DNA of 63,447 nt, filler included, from Octopus bimaculoides (GCF_001194135.2; 4 parts of 4 records of this genome joined end to end with filler, not necessarily neighbours in it), one strand, 5' to 3'. Positions 38,850 through 50,045 are shown, numbered from the whole stretch's first letter. Notes: generated from the letters alone by a model not told the origin. Numbers and translations are program-made.

Positions 38850-39075
38850 GTATGATATGCAACTATATGCATGAGAATACATACATTAAACTAAGCATAC
38901 AAATCTGCACGTATACACATATATAAATACATGCAAACGTATAAACATACATATACGCATACGAAAATACCCTGTTATTGATGTTGAAATTCCTATGAAG
39001 GAGCCTTGGATCTAGGCTAGAAACCGGTTCTTTCTCTCTTGACAAGAAACCTTGGAATAAAACTGAATAATAATA
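38850..39075 (+). mobile_element. 3' UTR-only copy of the R4-like LINE at 30788
   Basis: gatatgcaactatatgcatg...aataccctgtt.ttgatgttgaaattcc.atgaaggagcc...aataaaactgaa. TACA tracts on both sides. Confidence 0.85.
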
Positions 39076-39429
39076 CACACACATACATGCAAACATACAT
39101 ACATACATACATACATACATACACACATACATACGTCTAAGTATTTTGTCTACAGGAGATAAGGCCGTAGAATTGTCGTGCTGACACCGGCTGTTAAGCC
39201 AGAAACACAGGTACAAAACTGTTTTCTTTATCCGCAGACGATAAGCTTGTCTTTTTCCTAAAATAGTCTCTCAATTTTGGAGACATCTTAAATCTAGAGA
39301 TTATCTTCCCTTGTTAAGTGGAGCTGATCATAACAGCCATCTTGTAATTATGGTAGATCTTCTAGAGGCGGAGGCTAATTTTAATAAATCAATAATTTAT
39401 GCTGTAAGGCATTTGTTATCCCTGTATTT

Positions 39430-39850
39430 GTCCCGACTAAGTTAAAAACAAGGCTAGTACGAGCGCTCATTTGTCCATTAGGCAGTTATAATTGCGAAGC
39501 ATCTTCTCTGAACAAATTTGAAGAGAACATAATCAATGCGTTTGAAATGTGGGTTTTTAGGAGAATGTTGCAAGTCTCTTACAAAGACCATCGGACAAAT
39601 AAATGGGTGTTTCAAGAACAAGGTGAAAGGCGACAACTTCTGAACATTGTGAAAAACTCAAGACGTCACTATTATAGCCACATTTGAAGAATTCGAGGTG
39701 TGGAAAACATTACTATGAAAGGACGAGTAGAGGGCAGCAGATCAAGAGTCAAGTAGAGAATACAATGAATGGACAATATCAAGAGCGGAGTGGACAAGAG
39801 TGGCAAGGCAGCTGGGGCACTGGCACTTAATCGGGAAGACTTTCGTTATC
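39430..39850 (+). mobile_element. RTE (BovB-like) LINE ORF C-terminus
   Basis: TKLKTRLVRALI, INAFEMWVFRRML.VS..D.RTN, YYSHI*R, MKGRVEGSRSR. Confidence 0.85.
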
Positions 39851-40002
39851 GGCTCATCAATGTGCTACAGATGTATGCTGCATGAAGACAACATATTTAT
39901 ATCCATCAACCTCTTAGATATATGGCAGACAAATCTCTGTCTAATGAAGGCTACACGCGTGCGTGTCTATATGTGTACATCAGTATATAATAATCCTTTC
40001 TG

Positions 40003-40775
40003 CTAAAGGTACAAGGCCTGAAGTTTGGCGGGAGGGGACGAGTTGATTACATCGACCCCAGTGTTTCACCGGTACTTAATTTATCGACCCGTAAGGATGA
40101 AAGGTAAAATCGATCTCGACAGAATTTCTACTCAGAAAGTAGCGACGGGTGAAATATTCCTTTTTTTTCTATTCTAGGCACAGGGCCCGAAATTTTTCAG
40201 GATGGGGCCAGTCGATTACATCGATCTCAGTGTTTCACCGGTACTTAATTTATCGACCCCGAACGAATGAAAGCAAAGTCGACTTCGGCGGTATTTGAAC
40301 TTAGAACATAGCGGCAGACGAAATACCGCTGAGCATTTCGGCCGGCCCACTATCGATTCTGCCATCTCCCCGCCATCAGTATATTATAATGGTTTCAAAT
40401 TTTGCCACAAGGGTAGCAATTTGGGGGGGAGAGGATGTGTCTATTACATTGACCCTGGTGTTTCACAGGTACTTAATTTATCGACCCCGAAAGGTTGAAA
40501 GGTAAGTCGATCTCAACGGAATTTGAACTCAGAACGTAGCGGTGGGTGAAATATTCTTTTTTCTTTTTCTACTCTATGCACAAGGCCCGAAACTTTTGAT
40601 GGGGGTTAGTCGATTAGATAGGCCCCAGTACGCAACTGGTACTTAATTTATTGACCCCCGAAAGGATGAAGAGCAAAATCGACCTCGGCGGAATTTGAAC
40701 TCAGAACATAAAGACAGACGAAATACCGCTAAGCATTTCACCCGGTGTGCTAACGTTTCTGTTAGCTCGCCACCT
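40003..40775 (-). mobile_element. Four tandem SINE B copies
   Basis: gattacatcgacccc...ggtacttaatttatcgaccc recurs four times. Copies 1 and 3 are truncated at the same base. Confidence 0.92.
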
Positions 40776-40829
40776 AAACAAAAATACAAAATTAACCACT
40801 TTTATGAAAGTAGATAAATTCTACCATAT

Positions 40830-41436
40830 ATGTTGAAGGAAATTATGTAAGAGCTTCTGGGTAAACAAGATTCTTTGTTTTCTGATTTGGAACATAGACA
40901 AATAAGTCTTGCAAACTACCTACCAACATAAAGTTGACCATGAGAAAAGCAAGCCAGTAGATTTCAAAGTCTGAACTTGAGCTTTGTTAACAGACATTGC
41001 AAAGCAAAATCGCACTGTGAATTGTGTTCGTTTGAACTCAAATGGCATGTCTGTTGGTTTGATTGGAATTCTTGGAATGAAAACCTCTTCCACAGAGGCA
41101 CATCCAGTAGCTTCTATCACATTAGGTGATAATGTCTTCACAATCAACCTTATCTCATTGCATAATTTAGGAGGATCTAAATTTCTTAGAAGCATTATTA
41201 GGACTCCTACCTCCAGAAAAAGTTTATGTGGAGGAGTTCCAGGTGGCTCCAGAGAATTAAGGAACTCTGTTGGGTAATGGACAGCTTGATTTTCATCAAG
41301 GACTGAATCAACTGATTTGTACTTCTTAATGACTGTTGGAATCTTATTTGTTAATTCATGGTTAATCCTTGCTACTGTCTCATTTTTGGGAGCAAGAATT
41401 GCCCTTTCACACAACTATTTATGCCAATTATAATCA
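40830..41436 (-). mobile_element. Helitron RepHel Pif1-type helicase C-terminal fragment
   Basis: LCERAILAPKN, YPTEFLNSLEPPGTPPHKL, IMLLRNLDPPKLCN, VFIPRIP, PFEFKR.QF.VRFCFAMSVNKAQ.QTL. Catalytic-region substitutions indicate a pseudogene. Confidence 0.95.
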
Positions 41437-41700
41437 TCCCTTACTATATAAAATAGACCTCTGTGTGTCTTCGTTTTTCACGCGAAAATGGCTGCGCGAA
41501 TTGCTTCCATATTTGGGATGCATGAATAATTTAACCTCGGGTACCTAATAGGGTCATCAGTCTATTTTCTTTTTATTAAAAATAAATAATATTGCTTTAT
41601 AGTTATGATTCCCTTCTTTAAAAAGGTTTCTCAGTGTCAACTTCCGGTATTGACGTAAAAACGTCGAAGTCCCTCATTCTGTATTTTAATGCTTTCATTT
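41437..41700 (+). mobile_element. Helitron 5' terminus
   Basis: A|TCccttactatataaaa. Homologous to 34547-34790. Confidence 0.8.
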
Positions 41701-41734
41701 CAAGTTTTAATTCGCTATTTGTAAATAACTACGA

Positions 41735-41829
41735 TAAATACCGAGGTCGATTCAGTCAACTAAAAATTCTTGTAAACGGTGCCCCAGCATGGCTGCAGAC
41801 TCATGAATTAAACAAGTAAAAGATAAAAG
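41735..41829 (+). mobile_element. SINE A 3' tail
   Basis: gaggtcgattcagtcaact...ccccagcatggctgcag...aacaagtaaaagataaaag. Confidence 0.7.
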
Positions 41830-42206
41830 GCATATACATAATTATAATATATATCCCATATATTTCGATTGTACAATATATCGACTCAATTACAACTGTT
41901 CTGTTGATGAACTCACCATATTTTAAGATGATGAATATTTAAGCATAAACAATATGTTACATACATAAGGAATATACATTTATACGCATATATATGTGTG
42001 TTATTATATACATTTAGTATTTTTATTCAAGAATATTATTGACAGTGAAATAAGATTATAACAGTAAAATTGGTATCATAAATGTTATTATAACCGAACG
42101 TAAAAATCATTGTATGTGCGTGTGTGTGTGTGTATACATGATATATTTCATTCACAATATATATCTATTTATCTATCTATCTCTGTATATATAATAAAAA
42201 TAATGA

Positions 42207-42265
<59 letters not shown>

Positions 42266-42478
42266 ATGTATGCATGCATGCATGTATGTATGTATGTGTG
42301 TATGTATTGCGAATGAAATACATGTTTAAGAAGGGTTTCTCTGCAACGTCTAGGAACAGAATATATACCTTATGTATCTTGAAATACTTGTTAAACAAAG
42401 ATAAGATGTGATTAGAAAATGCGTCGGAGTATGAATTATAAACAACCATTTCTGTATCACACTCATATCCTTCAGTAG

Positions 42479-42518
42479 GTTGTATGAGTATATGCGAAAG
42501 ATATTACTTTTATATGAC
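42479..42518 (+). CDS. Weak candidate exon (phase 1-2)
   Basis: ccttcagtag|GT...AC|gtatga, reading CMSICERYYFYM. Confidence 0.2.
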
Positions 42519-43140
42519 GTATGAGGGCGTAAACAAACAAAAATTATATAGTGCCATCTTTGTAACAAATATAATACTATCTTTGTAAGAAATATTACAA
42601 ACGCTGGAGACTAGTGAATGTCACTACATCTCTAAAAGCAAATCCTAGACAACCACCATCCTTTTAAGAACTAACTAAAACTTTACTTAACAGTACAGTG
42701 ACCAGGAAGTTGACGTATGACGAACGACTTTGATGCTTTATAGTATTCGTTACATATTACAAGATAATATTACAATACAAGATTGTATACATATGGGAAG
42801 AGAACTAAGTACCAGAATTTGGTTGGGAACCATCACAATAATTGGTGGAGAACGAGGTGTTTTCCATTGAAGTTTGACTGTCGCAGGTCGTACCCTGAAC
42901 AAGGCCTACGGAATCTTGGACCTTATAGAAATTAATGGAAGAACCATCATTAACAATATAGTGACTGCAGAGGAAATGCCTTGATAGCTCTGGCTGAGAA
43001 AAGGTAATCGACTGGGATCAATTGAAGGTCGCTTGGACACAGGGCTAGGCTTGATCAACCTGGTTCTAGTTACCTCGATCAGGATGTTTGTTGAAGACCC
43101 GAAATACAGAGTGATCTCAGGATACAACATTGAGGTTGTA

Positions 43141-43352
43141 TATGAGGGGGTGCTGAAAAGTTCCTGGCTTTGAGTGAAAGAAAATACAGGAGGATCAGCT
43201 AATTGTTCGACATATTCCCCTCTCAGATTCACGTACCTATTGCAGCGGTCCTTCAGTTTTTCTAGGCACTGTAAAAGAACTAGGACGTTTGGGCTTCCAT
43301 CCAAGCCTTTCACGAGACCCTTAAAGCCAGGAACTTCTCGGCATCCCCCGTA
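43141..43352 (-). mobile_element. Internally deleted mariner (MITE-like) with both TIRs and TA TSD
   Basis: TA-tgagggggtgctgaaaagttcctggcttt ... aaagccaggaacttctcggcatcccccg-TA. Interior encodes the transposase C-terminus LEKLKDRCNRYVNLRGEYVEQ. Confidence 0.9.
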
Positions 43353-43591
43353 CAAGTATAGCATTTGTAAATGTATGTTGGACCTATTTGTATATTTTAA
43401 TGGCGACAAATACCTCTATTTTGAGGCAATTGCTGTTTATCGACAGGGCATGCCGTTGATAGTTACGAGTAGATATTCTCTGAAACAGAGACCGCTTCCT
43501 AGACGGTAAGCAGGTGTAGTCAACGTTTGTCAGAGTTATATTTCCACAGCTCATCCTTTTCACTGAGCAGCAGCTCTGGCTTAAGCATAAA

Positions 43592-43731
43592 AGGTCGTCT
43601 GGTTATCTGCCAGATAGGTCGTCTGGTTATCTGCCAGTTAGGTCGTCTGGTTATCTGCCAGTTAGGTCGTCTGGTTATCTGCCAGTTAGGTCGTCTGGTT
43701 ATCTGCCAGTTAGGTCGTCTGGTTATCTGCC
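43592..43731. repeat. 24-bp minisatellite (aggtcgtctggttatctgccagtt), ~5.8 copies
   Basis: One substitution among visible units. Truncated by the scaffold spacer. Confidence 0.97.
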
Positions 43732-43831
43732 NNNNNNNNNNNNNNNNNNNNNNNNNNNNNNNNNNNNNNNNNNNNTTAATTAATTAANNNNNNNNNNNNN
43801 NNNNNNNNNNNNNNNNNNNNNNNNNNNNNNN

Positions 43832-44060
43832 CATCATCCTCATCATCATCATCATCCTCATCATCATCATCATCATCCTCAGCATCATTCTCATCATAAT
43901 GATCATCCTCATCATAATCATCATCCCCATCATCATCCTCATCGTAATCATCATCCTCATCATAATCATCATCAGCATCACCATCATCATCATCCTCATC
44001 ATAATCATCATCCTCATCATCATCATCATCATAATCTTCATCCTCATCATAATCATCATC

Positions 44061-44140
<80 letters not shown>

Positions 44141-44218
44141 CATCATCATCATCATAATCATCATCACCATCACCATCATCAGCATCGTCCCCAGCATTAT
44201 TTTATCAAGCATCATCCA
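43832..44218. repeat. Imperfect (CAT)n tract
   Basis: Seen directly. Confidence 0.95.
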
Positions 44219-44289
44219 TACCAAGCCCATTGCTCGATCAACCTTTACCCTACCGAATGCATCGTTACTACAACGGGAAACTGGGCTAC

Positions 44290-44470
44290 AAACATTGAAT
44301 TACATTATTTACATTATTTACATTCAATGGATATTTGTCTCCATCCTGTTTGTTATTAACACAACGTTTTGGCTGATATACCCTCCAGCCTTCGTCAGGT
44401 GTCTTGGGGAAATTTCGAAACTGGGTTTTCATTCCTAAGTATTTTTCGATGTTGTTGTTTTTGTTGTTAT
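44290..44470 (-). mobile_element. Solo PLE pseudo-LTR with hammerhead motif
   Basis: Homologous to 59965-60125. Contains the hammerhead at 44358-44403. Confidence 0.75.
44358..44403 (-). ncRNA. Minimal hammerhead motif, G12A in this copy
   Basis: GACAC-CUGACGA-A-GGCUG[gaggguauau]CAGCC-AAAA-CGUU-GUGUU. Confidence 0.75.
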
Positions 44471-45829
44471 TATTATTATTTTTTTTTTTTTTTTTTTTTT
44501 TTTTTTNNNNNNNNNNNNNNNNNNNNNNNNNNNNNNNNNNNNNNNNNNNNNNNNNNNNNNNNNNNNNNNNNNNNNNNNNNNNNNNNNNNNNNNNNNNNNN
44601 NNNNNNNNNNNNNNNNNNNNNNNNNNNNNNNNNNNNNNNNNNNNNNNNNNNNNNNNNNNNNNNNNNNNNNNNNNNNNNNNNNNNNNNNNNNNNNNNNNNN
44701 NNNNNNNNNNNNNNNNNNNNNNNNNNNNNNNNNNNNNNNNNNNNNNNNNNNNNNNNNNNNNNNNNNNNNNNNNNNNNNNNNNNNNNNNNNNNNNNNNNNN
44801 NNNNNNNNNNNNNNNNNNNNNNNNNNNNNNNNNNNNNNNNNNNNNNNNNNNNNNNNNNNNNNNNNNNNNNNNNNNNNNNNNNNNNNNNNNNNNNNNNNNN
44901 NNNNNNNNNNNNNNNNNNNNNNNNNNNNNNNNNNNNNNNNNNNNNNNNNNNNNNNNNNNNNNNNNNNNNNNNNNNNNNNNNNNNNNNNNNNNNNNNNNNN
45001 NNNNNNNNNNNNNNNNNNNNNNNNNNNNNNNNNNNNNNNNNNNNNNNNNNNNNNNNNNNNNNNNNNNNNNNNNNNNNNNNNNNNNNNNNNNNNNNNNNNN
45101 NNNNNNNNNNNNNNNNNNNNNNNNNNNNNNNNNNNNNNNNNNNNNNNNNNNNNNNNNNNNNNNNNNNNNNNNNNNNNNNNNNNNNNNNNNNNNNNNNNNN
45201 NNNNNNNNNNNNNNNNNNNNNNNNNNNNNNNNNNNNNNNNNNNNNNNNNNNNNNNNNNNNNNNNNNNNNNNNNNNNNNNNNNNNNNNNNNNNNNNNNNNN
45301 NNNNNNNNNNNNNNNNNNNNNNNNNNNNNNNNNNNNNNNNNNNNNNNNNNNNNNNNNNNNNNNNNNNNNNNNNNNNNNNNNNNNNNNNNNNNNNNNNNNN
45401 NNNNNNNNTATATATACGTTTGTGGGTGTGTATAATTATAAGATCCAAGGATCTAAGGGTAGGAAGTTTGTAAGCTTCGAGCAGTCCGTGGTAGGTATAA
45501 AATGAACATTCAGGAACAATAAGAATTTATTGGCGTCGAAGGTTGTAGGCTTTTCCCATATCGAAGTTCGATAAGCTGAAAATATTCTTTCATAGCTCAC
45601 GGTTAGCATCTTGAGTTGCTATGAAAAATCCAAATTGAAGAAGTGGAGCAGGTAAAATCCAGGCTACATATGTTTCCTAGCTAGCAGATCCTCTGATGTA
45701 ATAATTACTGAACGAAGGGTATTCAGCCAGCCACTCATCAAGCAGAAGATAATCTAATTATATGAAGATTATATTGTCGCCGAAGATATAATTTGAAATA
45801 AATTCGGATGTATATATATATATTTGCTC

Positions 45830-46101
45830 CCTGCAATTTTTTTGTTACCCCGAATGAAAAAAGTCCTTAAAGGAAAACGTGTTGCAAATGTGGAAGAGAA
45901 GTAGCAAAAGACGGTGGACCCGTTAAAAGATATCACTTTGCAAGAGTTAAAGCACTGCTTCGGACATGGAAAACGCGTCTGGACCATGCATTGCTTCAAA
46001 TGGAGAATACTTGGAAGGCGATGAAAGTGTAAACATGTAAAACTAAGTGAATAAAATAATATTACAAACTTTCGGTTTCCTTTGGGTACCCACCTCGTGT
46101 A
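45830..46101 (+). mobile_element. Mariner 3' end with right TIR
   Basis: FLLPRMKKVLKGKR..NVEE and KTRL..CIASNGEYLEGD. TIR ttcggtttcctttgggtacccacctcg. Confidence 0.85.
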
Positions 46102-46109
46102 TATGTGTC

Positions 46110-46312
46110 CAGCCAGCCGCCATGTTTGACTGCTAGCTGCTAAAGCTTTTTTTTTATTCTCTCTCTGTTTATTTTCTCGTTTTCCTTTCTGTTGAAGAGC
46201 GTAGGCTCAAAACGTAAAAGACTTTCTCACCTTCCTGAGCGTTAAACTAATACACCTGTTTGTTGTTTATACACCTGTCTTCGTCTTTTGTTTTTCTGTA
46301 AATTCCAACTAT
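46110..46312 (+). mobile_element. Solo PLE-type pseudo-LTR, second family
   Basis: Contains the hammerhead-like motif at 46185-46220. The 3' part recurs at 27399-27482. Confidence 0.65.
46185..46220 (+). ncRNA. Hammerhead-like motif with atypical core
   Basis: CUUU-CUGUUGA-A-GAGC[guag]GCUC-AAAA-CGUA-AAAG. All stems pair; core has A6U and G12A. Confidence 0.55.
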
Positions 46313-46339
46313 ATAAATATATATATATGTGTGTGTGTG

Positions 46340-46384
<45 letters not shown>

Positions 46385-46980
46385 NNNNNNNNNNNNNNNN
46401 NNNNNNNNNNNNNNNNNNNNNNNNNNNNNNNNNNNNNNNNNNNNNNNNNNNNNNNNNNNNNNNNNNNNNNNNNNNNNNNNNNNNNNNNNNNNNNNNNNNN
46501 NNNNNNNNNNNNNNNNNNNNNNNNNNNNNNNNNNNNNNNNNNNNNNNNNNNNNNNNNNNNNNNNNNNNNNNNNNNNNNNNNNNNNNNNNNNNNNNNNNNN
46601 NNNNNNNNNNNNNNNNNNNNNNNNNNNNNNNNNNNNNNNNNNNNNNNNNNNNNNNNNNNNNNNNNNNNNNNNNNNNNNNNNNNNNNNNNNNNNNNNNNNN
46701 NNNNNNNNNNNNNNNNNNNNNNNNNNNNNNNNNNNNNNNNNNNNNNNNNNNNNNNNNNNNNNNNNNNNNNNNNNNNNNNNNNNNNNNNNNNNNNNNNNNN
46801 NNNNNNNNNNNNNNNNNNNNNNNNNNNNNNNNNNNNNNNNNNNNNNNNNNNNNNNNNNNNNNNNNNNNNNNNNNNNNNNNNNNNNNNNNNNNNNNNNNNN
46901 NNNNNNNNNNNNNNNNNNNNNNNNNNNNNNNNNNNNNNNNNNNNNNNNNNNNNNNNNNNNNNNNNNNNNNNNNNNNNNNN

Positions 46981-47025
<45 letters not shown>

Positions 47026-47189
47026 GTACATTCTTATAAACATGTATATATAGATATGTAAATGTCTATGAATACATATATGTATCGATATATTATTGAA
47101 TATTCATAGGTATGCATGTATGTGTATGCCATTATTTCTTGTTTGGTGGGATTTTTCTTTTCAACCGAGTCGAGACGTTCGCTGTTTAA

Positions 47190-47400
47190 TGTTCTTTGTT
47201 ACTTTGTCCTCTTTTCCGTTTGTCCCAGGGCCTTACCAACTGGCTTTTCTTTAGATCATGAGGTCTAAATATCTGTTGTCCCAAATCTTTCGTGAATCTG
47301 CAAACACTTGTTTTCGACCTGCCCTTAACACTATTGCCGGACACCCTCATATGAGTAATCCTGTCGATAACGTGGTTAAATTTCGTTAATCTTTACTCAT
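47190..47400 (-). mobile_element. Possible very old RTE LINE 3' end
   Basis: VSGNSVKGRSKT...KDL resembles the RTE V.G.R.RGRPKKTW...DL motif. Confidence 0.35.
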
Positions 47401-48051
47401 CTGCTGATGACAAGGAATGGTTTCCAAGTTTATATCTTATCCTGTGCATTTTACAGGCTTTCTGTGCTTAATTTTTCTTCTTTTATGTGTGCGTATGTCT
47501 TTTTATGTAAAGGTATATGCATATATGTACATACACACACATACATACACGCACACGCGCACACACACACACACACACACACNNNNNNNNNNTTGTAAAT
47601 AAACGTTTTCGTCAGCTGAATTCATGAACTTCAATACACAGGATATCCGAAAGGATTTAACATAGTCTAAAATCTATGGAGCAAAACATTTACAGTGATT
47701 CTGCTGCTATTTCAGTTGGCAGAATGGATTTACTAGAAGAGTGTACATTTGATCAGAACAGAGAAATTTAGAGGTTAGTAGAGTTTTTAGGAGGGGGAAG
47801 AAATAATCGACTCCCAATTATCTGTACTTCTAACTAGAGAGGAGGGCGCAGTTTCATTAGTCTTGAGGTCATCTATTAAGGAGTTGCTTAATGTCTACTG
47901 GTCAGTGGTAAAAAAATTATTTATGGTCAAGTCAACCTAGTAAATTATCAAGGTCGTTTGTGATGGAACCAATACACAAGCTTTATCTCCACAAGTCGAC
48001 AAGGCAGGGGGCAGTAACAAGGAAGTGAGGGATAGGGAAGGGAGGAGAAGG

Positions 48052-48053
<2 letters not shown>

Positions 48054-48113
<60 letters not shown>

Positions 48114-48146
48114 GAAGGAAGAAAGGAAGGAAGAAAGGAAGAAAGA
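48054..48146. repeat. (AAAG)n/(AAGG)n tract
   Basis: Seen directly. Confidence 0.95.
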
Positions 48147-48465
48147 AGACTGGGAACCATTGCATGGGAATAAAAAGAACCTATTACAATTTAGCAGAGA
48201 TGTATTATAGCAATAAGAGAAATTAAAAATTAAATATCAGTAAATAACTAAAAGGTATTCAAAATTATAAGAAAATAGATGCATTAAGATATAAAAATAA
48301 TAAAGAAAAGAAAATTTTGAATAAATGTAGAGGATATAAATATTAGAGTCAAAATGAAGATAGATAAAATTTATAAAAGAGATACTAACAAAATAAAAGT
48401 AAAGTTTTTTTATTCCGATCTAATGAGATGTCTCGATTTAAGTACTTAATTCAACTGAACATTAC

Positions 48466-48542
<77 letters not shown>

Positions 48543-48729
48543 GCACACGCACACACACACACACACACACACATATAATTATATAAGGTAGAAAGTATGG
48601 TGAGTGATTACACGTGGTTAAATGTAAACGGAAAGAAATAAGATGAAAAACAGAATATTTGCTTTACAAGACTAAAGAATATATTAGAATCATAATAGCA
48701 AAAGTATTATACAATATTGTACAAATTTT

Positions 48730-49240
48730 TTTCTTCCAACATAATAACCGGTTTCGCTATCGCTTTTTAAATTAAGAGTTTTTGATGAATTTCTGAATTA
48801 GAAATTTTGTTTGCTGGGGGAGGATAATTGGTAACCGAGCTGTTTTACAGTAGAGGGAAGGTAAATCTGTAATTTTTTATATTGGTCTACATTTAATTCT
48901 TACAATAGTTAGGGTAAATCTTTAATTTTCAATATGGGCTTATATTTAATTCCGGCTTATATTTTTTTGATAAATGAGGACTCTTTACTTAGTCGTATTT
49001 GTGTTGAAATCTAAAAAGCAAATTGGTATAATGGGAAGATTAGAAATTGTGGTTGCAGTTGTTCTGCACATCTGTCAATGTGTTCACTGAGATGTATCTG
49101 GCGATATTGTGTGGAGGATATCTGTTGTCTATGGACAGTACATGTCCGTCTGATCGACATTCCTATGGAGCCCATATAGTTTTTGTGGCAACTCGTGCAT
49201 CTGATTACATAAATGAGGTTTCCAGAGGCGCTAGTGAAAA
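48730..49240 (-). mobile_element. PLE GIY-YIG endonuclease and 3' end, inverted
   Basis: NLIYVIRCTSCHKNYMG...HRQQI...LSEHIDRC, then RLSKESSFIKKYKPELN. The remnant gcgatagcGAAACCGGUUA lies at ~48745. Confidence 0.9.
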
Positions 49241-50045
49241 CAGAAGTGGACACATCCCCCACAAAGAAAGAAAGAAAAATCTCGACGAATTTTGCAAACA
49301 CATCGAAAACTTCCCCTACCACACCTTGCACAAACAAAAAATTATTTCAAACTTCAGCACCATCCAATGGAAAAAAACTAACTGAACTACAAAACAATGA
49401 ACAAATAACAATCAAAGAAGCGGATAAAGTGAGTGCAGTAGTGGTAATGGACACATTTTACTACAAAAATCTAATAGAATCCATATTAAATAATGACGAA
49501 CATTACGAAGAATTTCATTATTACACTCCCCAAAAAATAATGAAAAACTTCTTTTCACTAATCTAAACCCATGGAAAAGACCTAACAAAAAGAGAAATAG
49601 ACTATTTAATAAACTTTGAATGTAATTCCAGTCTATTCTATGGTATACCGAAAATTCACAAAAGCCGAACTATAAACGAACCCATCACAAAATCACCCCC
49701 AAAGGCATACATACATACACCAGCACCAGGAGACCTAAAATTACGGCCCATTAAAGCCGGACCATCCTTTGAAGCACATCGATTAAGTTGCCTCATGGAC
49801 ATCCCTCAGAAACCATTTCTAAAATACATCTAAAGCTATATTAGAGATCACTTAGATATGTTAAATCACCTACCAGAAAAGGTCAAGGAAGAAACAGTCA
49901 TGGTTACCTTTGATGTGATAAACATATACACTAACATATCCCATAATTATGGAATAGAAGCAATCTGGTCCTGGCAGGACAAATATCCAGAAAAAATCCC
50001 AGAACGGATCAACAAAGATTTCATAATCGAATCAATAAGATTATT
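49240..50045 (+). mobile_element. PLE reverse transcriptase N-terminal half (Neptune-like motif style)
   Basis: ITIKEADK.SAVVVMD, LFYGIPKIHK, LRPI.AGP, SYIRD, VTFDVINIYTNISH.YGIEAI. Two in-frame stops and a frameshift. Confidence 0.92.

Noticed and set aside
40920-41414. Host PIF1 helicase gene
   Set aside because: It is intronless with degenerate motifs, truncated and adjacent to a Helitron terminus.
42920-43140. RTE RT fragment (INGRTI.NN..., ISGYNIEVV)
   Set aside because: The YADD and FxYLG motifs could not be recovered, so the evidence is too weak.
43592-43731. CRISPR-like array
   Set aside because: There are no unique spacers, and the context is eukaryotic. The same applies to the 62076-63447 satellite, whose spacers are TA runs.
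48415-48445. Hammerhead (CUAAUGA...GAUU)
   Set aside because: Both core strands are broken and the stems are unconvincing.
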